In this document: piece by piece, positions 61,401 to 64,000 of the stretch
Numbering within the stretch: the first letter of the stretch is position 1
Layout: the number at the start of each line of letters is the position of its first letter
Assembly (NCBI GenBank): GCA_905178155.1
Contig: CAJINV010000009.1
Span: 2,209,373 to 2,273,372 of the forward strand
Origin: Amoebophrya sp. A120
Taxonomy: Eukaryota > Protista > Dinoflagellata
Reading direction: 5' to 3'
DNA length: 64,000 nucleotides
Program-made: the position numbers and the translations under genes
The notes under the pieces: model-generated
Seen by the model: only the letters and a program-made list of their open reading frames with translations
Database searches by the model: none
Told to the model about the DNA's origin: nothing

Positions 61401-61476
61401 CGACATCCGAGCCTCCGAGGTCCGGAGTCACGTCCAGCAGCTCCGGTTTAAGACGCTCCTCGTTCAGGTCCAGCAT
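52453..61476 (-). CDS. Tubulin-tyrosine-ligase-like protein, TTLL3/TTLL8 glycylase-type, with C-terminal IQ-motif array (3,007 aa)
   Basis: TTL motifs YNHFQHNRELTTKFGLARNL, FFPRCY, WIVKPGNNARGSGI, KYIEKPL..GRKFDVRQWVLV, CYLRLC..Y, HISN, FEVFGFDIMID..KPWLLEVNLSP. About 11 IQ-like motifs follow (e.g. IQRNFRGFAGRKK, IQSIWRGVTARKK). Glycylase subfamily inferred from FPRCY and RQW. Confidence 0.9.
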   Translation of the reverse strand: MLDLNEERLKPELLDVTPDLGGSDVDEFIKDDDGSSSSDDEEVLLAKLQPPLAVRSKTVRGSAAGSFSTRPSGPTPRQGNVGGARLLGPAAGPPPSASLQPGDFNNIVQQQRPQTAAGHQVTTRGILVRKDAASYPSGSSPHRKRAITWDDRDLERERAAGASTSREDVPKPSAKSSAARKDDRCDGEAEGRDRGDAVEQHQREAVAAAANKTTKFRVIPGYPRITADAVFKDNYAGSKPKEYSALKKQFEQRFAEALQQSKNMYRAAQMMNADVPVPHRSTPKTTDAGVAPTDHAGINQAKLSPRKIRSAGATRGGAGAGGASSKRPATSSGAAGRATVYKQAEAGDREDRNLVVRSEHVLARETSLEAGTTSTRPKSAMTPVDKNKTRSDVLTSLPAQDLRPRSAYPPRTPTSESKVQSIVIDDGLAVYQKNLVRPQQRPKPPQLHRSASALPVRSTPSPTKRVSEEESLKAAEEINLGSSTAPTAGQRERDAGDPAACRQRSGSASPSKRAANVTRPSSTAGSRRGSAASSTARSQSASSTRSSGRMSAAALRQQMLDQQAQNTAAMSAALHVPHYKDRETQEEFMKSMLPASSRLLQGTQASQRRKTATEKEQQEDHDTLATNKVGSSSGNNAAGVSSTTTTAVPRNVNIVANRQVFTAVDLQDRVEYTGHQSKTASQNALARPRPNTSSGCRSTEDRPASAINAIDTSNTVFVADDGVVISAAVSKPGALTRSSSCAAMRPSSSRTAPGMAAAAALSSSSRLPRPTSAGRPQSASYRAKAKQSFEVLELSLMNKHVSKGERMVLFLQKQECGLEKRVFVLDSSDEFIRKALLDRGNWVENKYVESGLWNLKWCATDSEEDYKNLDEENDLYNHFQHNRELTTKFGLARNLKNLSSDTAASGVLVDVDVAVVPAPVDSFLNKQTICSTTRSSSTACSSLVRERSGRDVFKQQVTCSIVDSFFPRCYDIALPESREDFIVEYCRNAAWCVAKKHLNLVSTTSSYPVSKYRPNLTVLRVAQRVLDLWVQEINAEKLLDCDVGSSCYTGSFSAGAAAQRRNSGWVSEEEEDVASGNLLEVHTGEDASTRCSRRSPSKSISANRPARSASRSASPEKGKAWNNTAPSSMKLQVQLRSATTVDEADFDALALYSELSEAQLCRDFSEHETSHFLKKRGGLLNLYANAQNKQVYSESVRNSSVAAKNDGPEQLETAGCGGGSSSSGGPPGNHNASSSNSGTSTASHSGMNSSNPLATRTSSNSVTGADAKQAEDWRRAVPKSLQSIEQWAEFSSHTWVNFTDYGTKHLQEAEHKHSSAEADNSSCSSASTTSNPFFLLNAEFQKFTAFLESHPLTKPQLSLCNAKQNCWIVKPGNNARGSGIVVLKNLKEILYQTNPSRLVMKYIEKPLTLFNGRKFDVRQWVLVKSFDPLEIWMFSQCYLRLCNEPYDLGDLENRQKHISNWEVNKHAKGKHAQEGAVASLETFKNELHEITGNPDYWEEAILPELRTIIVKTCESVKTVVKQRKSCFEVFGFDIMIDDKLKPWLLEVNLSPACDVRTPFLVSMVSDMSHSLFDVVLGSGKKIGNNAESCIADVMTSPRQFRERARAAKARADVKESREDQASGTSGYSKGEWWCICRSDNTWSSDDRKYLTTPRGRSFSSMSLSNSTALLQDNKDHVSQQQGASGSKAGDVTKLTILGQKVKWNREWKLEYCWLRLRAALLLQRVTRGMFARQQLRYYKRLKAVKVIQRNFRGFAGRKKFRREKQTSLLHTILIPKLKSFAYCVYLRNQKRLRLALVAQKLWRGRKTRIWFATWRLHEYAKRIQKFFRKRRRRRRISRKRRIQRFWRKQFRKRVNAANQIRKMFVGYKARKEFEKKFLPRYRALLFGFTFLPYLRRLRKQTLLVYQAICARKIQRFWRRKRRKENWKTMRFFFCEAWQAGYFAPVREAQIKLAAIQRGNQARKEFRRRLQKKREEDERRRRAEKRKLENSAAVKLQRSFRYYRRRKYGREFRREMQEERRSAATRIQAALYRGRKARKLFAHLKWLREQRREREKKQLEEATAKKKNTTALQIQSIWRGVTARKKRRVELKKKQEVEELKGASFSMDCRPTPDDSSTSISVSRGGAEGGSNEVPCFAAVSLASSPSQSPEDHDVPPQFCIDDENSSNSASVVFKADEAARENDMVVAATSTALASRTFAGAGNEDNAASVEKKYEEEVISSSSDRREQGHRIGRATPEDRNALSLSIIRRKSKQQGAAQKEPTVNKESESLTSGEVQAAHLSGADTTKADQLTVTSTTSSAAPLTQAKASSSSSPVYSFAAAANAASAVSSRTHMQLVDLVSFHNGTTTQQGASVGRNTTTTTKVGGATTAIASEHTAVLGKTTNAPNRTSASHSKTQLLRPHSGSQLPMAISGGSSSSSSSPSTSGTLPTTKIRPSAGGNATPPSASSSSSPPSAGVVPHAASGASPMESSSSSTASTSRAFRLLSANKQEARALDPAEVSSSGGTTAASATILPPGKKSKSSSSSTKLKKASTPDLLVLGGFSSSGGGGSSSSTTQSLAAATAPAARVVSEEPPARSMTVSAHGDKAAKNIKSLSKTKAQLLDLEERARPRSAQPPSNLMSGGGTTAAISSSTPKNNSLASNKSGLVLRPTPTLTHHAVHQEKEKPPAAPPRPPEKKKKKSRTTHSSSSSANTTAGAPQLPLGATTATPVAASQAGAFALCHTTHDPEKTKDGKSTAAVIVSPAPNKSGTLTASAVHAELNAREKKARRHETERSWSASVLSKIVQQQPQSQTDVGTKKSSAPTLVPLQKGSEDAHNYFVSNSSTRPSSSLSELIRAGEEVAVEDSCEDPSDSLFLQAPLAPRGGRSGSKSPRDLLHEGLRDLEMLLLNMGGGEGGDSKSRPDVTVGDRTRRSGEQAAAGLQGGEEQKKAPPNALMSGSNVRTIHKLRSMSTVEQKEAGVCEDASLKTKQALSPTNANAKGPAQLRAQVYRTRSLTADGMLVVPT

Positions 61477-62246
61477 ATCATGTGTTGCTGCTTTGTGGTG
61501 GACGACGAGAATTACAAAAGCACAAGGCCCTCTTCCAGCAGGCTACAGCAAAGACTTGCAATTTGATTGCAATCATTTTCATTTTGGGTGGGAGGTTAGA
61601 AGCATCGTCTAGTGAATGGTCGGAAAGCTTAACGATTCGAAGTTGTGTTCGCGAGAAAAGAAGTTCCTGGTCCTCTTTGGTGTGACTGACATCCAATCTA
61701 GCAGCTTCGCTCAAAAAGAGCAAGATTCGCTGCAGGGCTATGAAGCCGTAGTCGACTATAACGACGAAGTCGAAATACCTTTACGAGGAAGGTACAACAA
61801 GGACCACACTATGTGCGCTTAATACGAGTAGAAGGAGGATTATTACACAATAGACGAGTTGTGACATCTCTCGATGTGGTCTTCTCTCAGTCTCAGTTTT
61901 ATCTCCAACACAGAATCAGAAAGAAAACAAAGCGAAAGCGAGCGCTAGACACATCAATTTTGGGCTACGGTTGGTCACACCTAAATTCTCGACCTCTCAG
62001 TCTCAAGAACGGTAAACGACATCAAAATCATGGACATGGTGCAGCACGGACCACCGCCTCGGCAGACAAAAAGAGAACCATCGCTGGGAGCCTGCACCCC
62101 AGTGGTAGATTCTACTGCCTGAACTCTTGTCTTCAATCCGAAAAAAATGGATGGTAGGAACTCATCTGCTTCATTTATCAAGATCAATAGGGCGCCAAAT
62201 TATCAAAGCCAGACTTGCAGCGGGAGACTGGGACGTCCTGACTCTT

Positions 62247-63081
62247 TTACCCATCCAGTAGTCCCAGTTCTTGTTGTGGCGGCAGGCGGGAGAGTGTGAT
62301 TTCGAGGCTGCGTGGAAAGATTTCGTTTCTGGACGACCGTCCTCCCGTACGATGGTCCATCTCGCACGAGAACAGGCGCTGCACAAAATTTCCGCCGGTC
62401 CGACGACCCTCCGAGCAGTACGTGTCCCGGCCTTGTTGGTCAATCGCACGTCTTTGCTCTGCAGCCGACCTCTTTCTGAAAGCATCCCGCCCTACCAATC
62501 GGCTCAAGATGTGGGAGTCGCTCAGTTCACTTGTCCCATACTCGCCGTCAACATAAGCAGGAGCGCCGGCCGCTTCCCCGCCGGCTGTGCTTTTCGATGT
62601 TGATGACGATGAAAAGGGGAAAAGCACGGACGACACAGCAGTGCTGCTGGTAGCAGCAGACGATGTCGTGGACGTGCTGACTTTGGATGACGACCGATGT
62701 GCTGTTTCGCCTATGCTGCGTCGAACCTCAAACAGCCCCCGTCCGGCGGAGGTGGACGGGCTACCCCTGGCGGGCGGCCGCATTACCGTCCTCGATTTAC
62801 TCGCACCCAAAAAGTCCTCGTCAAAGTGGAAGAAGGTCGAGCCGCTCCATTTGGAAGCGGCTGGCCGCGGGTGAACGATCTCCACTTCCCCGCTGTCCAC
62901 GATGCACTTGCGCTCGCATTGGTCGAAAAAAAAACAAGACATATTGTTCAAAGGCTTTTACTTCAAAGGCTTTTATTGCTGTTGCGCTTGTACTATCAAT
63001 ATCATATCAAGCATGCACTACCTCAGACTCTGCATTCAACATTTCCATTTTTTTCCGGCTCACCGGCCCGATGTGGACCAT
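62247..63081 (-). CDS. Probable small spliced hypothetical gene, structure unresolved
   Basis: GC-rich 234-codon ORF 62247-62951. Possible micro first exon ATGGTCCACATCGGGCCG|gtgagc at 63081-63064. Splice pattern ambiguous. Confidence 0.4.
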
Positions 63082-63602
63082 GGGCGTTCTGCTCGTCTTG
63101 TTGCGACCCGAGCTCGCGGCAATGGAAGCAATTATCTATCGGTCGCAATCAGCAAAGCAAGCCAACGTGTTGCTCTCTCCCGAAAATTTCAAAAACTCAA
63201 ACTCACAGCCACCTGTGCCTGTTGATCGATAAGTAGAAGCATCCTCACAGGTGACAAAACAACGTAACACTTTAGGTTTAGATGGGACGCTTTTCTACCC
63301 CTGAAATTGAACAAAGAACCATGTTGTCGGCTATGGTACCACACACAGGGTCTGCCAGCCCCTCACCTCCGGAGTGCTCAACGCGGCAAGTGCAACCAAC
63401 ACGACGAACAAAAACGAAGACGAGACAGAAGGACACAGTGGACTCTATTTCTAGCTTTTGCGATTTGTCCGCCCCGTGTAGGCAAAGAACCCTCCATATG
63501 AAATCAATAGAGCCCCTGCCCAGTGGGACTAGGTCTAGGACAGGAGTACTTACACGACTCGCCAAAAAAATAGAAGCGCTCTGGTCATTTTTTTTGCTGC
63601 CG

Positions 63603-64000
63603 TCACGCCCTTTCCAGCACTGCACAGAAGAAGCCGTCCAAACCCTTGGTTTGGGGCAGCGCATGTTTAGGTTCTTTAGACAAGTACAGCTGGTATTTCT
63701 CACAAAAGAATTCAATCTGTCTTGCGTTTTCCTCTGGCAAAATAGAATTAGTCATGTAAACAATCTTGCCTCCACCGCGGGTGGGAGTTTCAAGAGACGA
63801 CCCATTTGCGGCACTTCCATCCTTCCTCGGCACTCTCGCAGCTCCTCTAGTTGGGGACCTTACGTAAGGGAGGGCCTGGTCAAAGATTTCCCGCTGCCTC
63901 GCAATGTACTGCAAGAGCTTTTCCTCGCTAAAGGTGTACTTCATGTCTGGGTTTTTTCGCAGTGCGCCCGTCCCACTATTCGGCACGTCTAAGACGACCC
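63603..64000 (-). CDS. C-terminal part of an RsmB/NOL1/NOP2/Sun (NSUN) RNA m5C methyltransferase-family protein; both catalytic Cys replaced by Asn; gene starts beyond the window
   Basis: VVLDVPNSGTGALRKNPD (motif IV, canonical DAPCSGTG), QREIFDQAL, GGKIVYMTNSILPEEN (motif VI, canonical VYSTCS..PEEN), LP...LDGFFCAVL. Confidence 0.85.
   Translation of the reverse strand, partial: VVLDVPNSGTGALRKNPDMKYTFSEEKLLQYIARQREIFDQALPYVRSPTRGAARVPRKDGSAANGSSLETPTRGGGKIVYMTNSILPEENARQIEFFCEKYQLYLSKEPKHALPQTKGLDGFFCAVLERA

Noticed and set aside
293-63992. Numerous plus-strand ORFs of 100-280 aa
   Set aside because: Almost all are antisense shadows of long GC-rich minus-strand CDSs and lack protein motifs.
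1-64000. Stop-codon reassignment as the reason for fragmented genes
   Set aside because: ORFs of 2,000-3,700 codons are open under the standard code, and the breaks in the reconstructed genes are explained by introns or TIR elements.

Overview
Eukaryotic, gene-dense window with every credible gene on the minus strand. Non-canonical transposon-like introns, unidirectional genes, low-complexity-expanded proteins and an FLQ coiled-coil secretory protein point to a syndinian dinoflagellate such as Amoebophrya (inference). Genes reconstructed by hand: a ~5,240-aa Piezo channel, two tandem paralogous signal-peptide/TM proteins of unknown function, a SWEET transporter with a mucin-like ectodomain, a secreted coiled-coil protein, a TTLL3-like tubulin glycylase with ~11 IQ-like motifs, the C-terminus of an RsmB/NSUN-family protein with both catalytic Cys replaced by Asn, and several hypothetical genes. 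The main signal is eight non-autonomous elements (239-1,771 bp) inside coding sequence. All begin and end with TA, have terminal inverted repeats (TIRs) and have an exact 5-bp target-site duplication (TSD). Removing each element plus one TSD restores the reading frame in all eight cases, yet only one offers GT-AG ends for that precise removal. The five short elements share an internal (TTT)GTCATGC(A) motif across four TIR types. No transposase, rRNA, tRNA or CRISPR array was seen.
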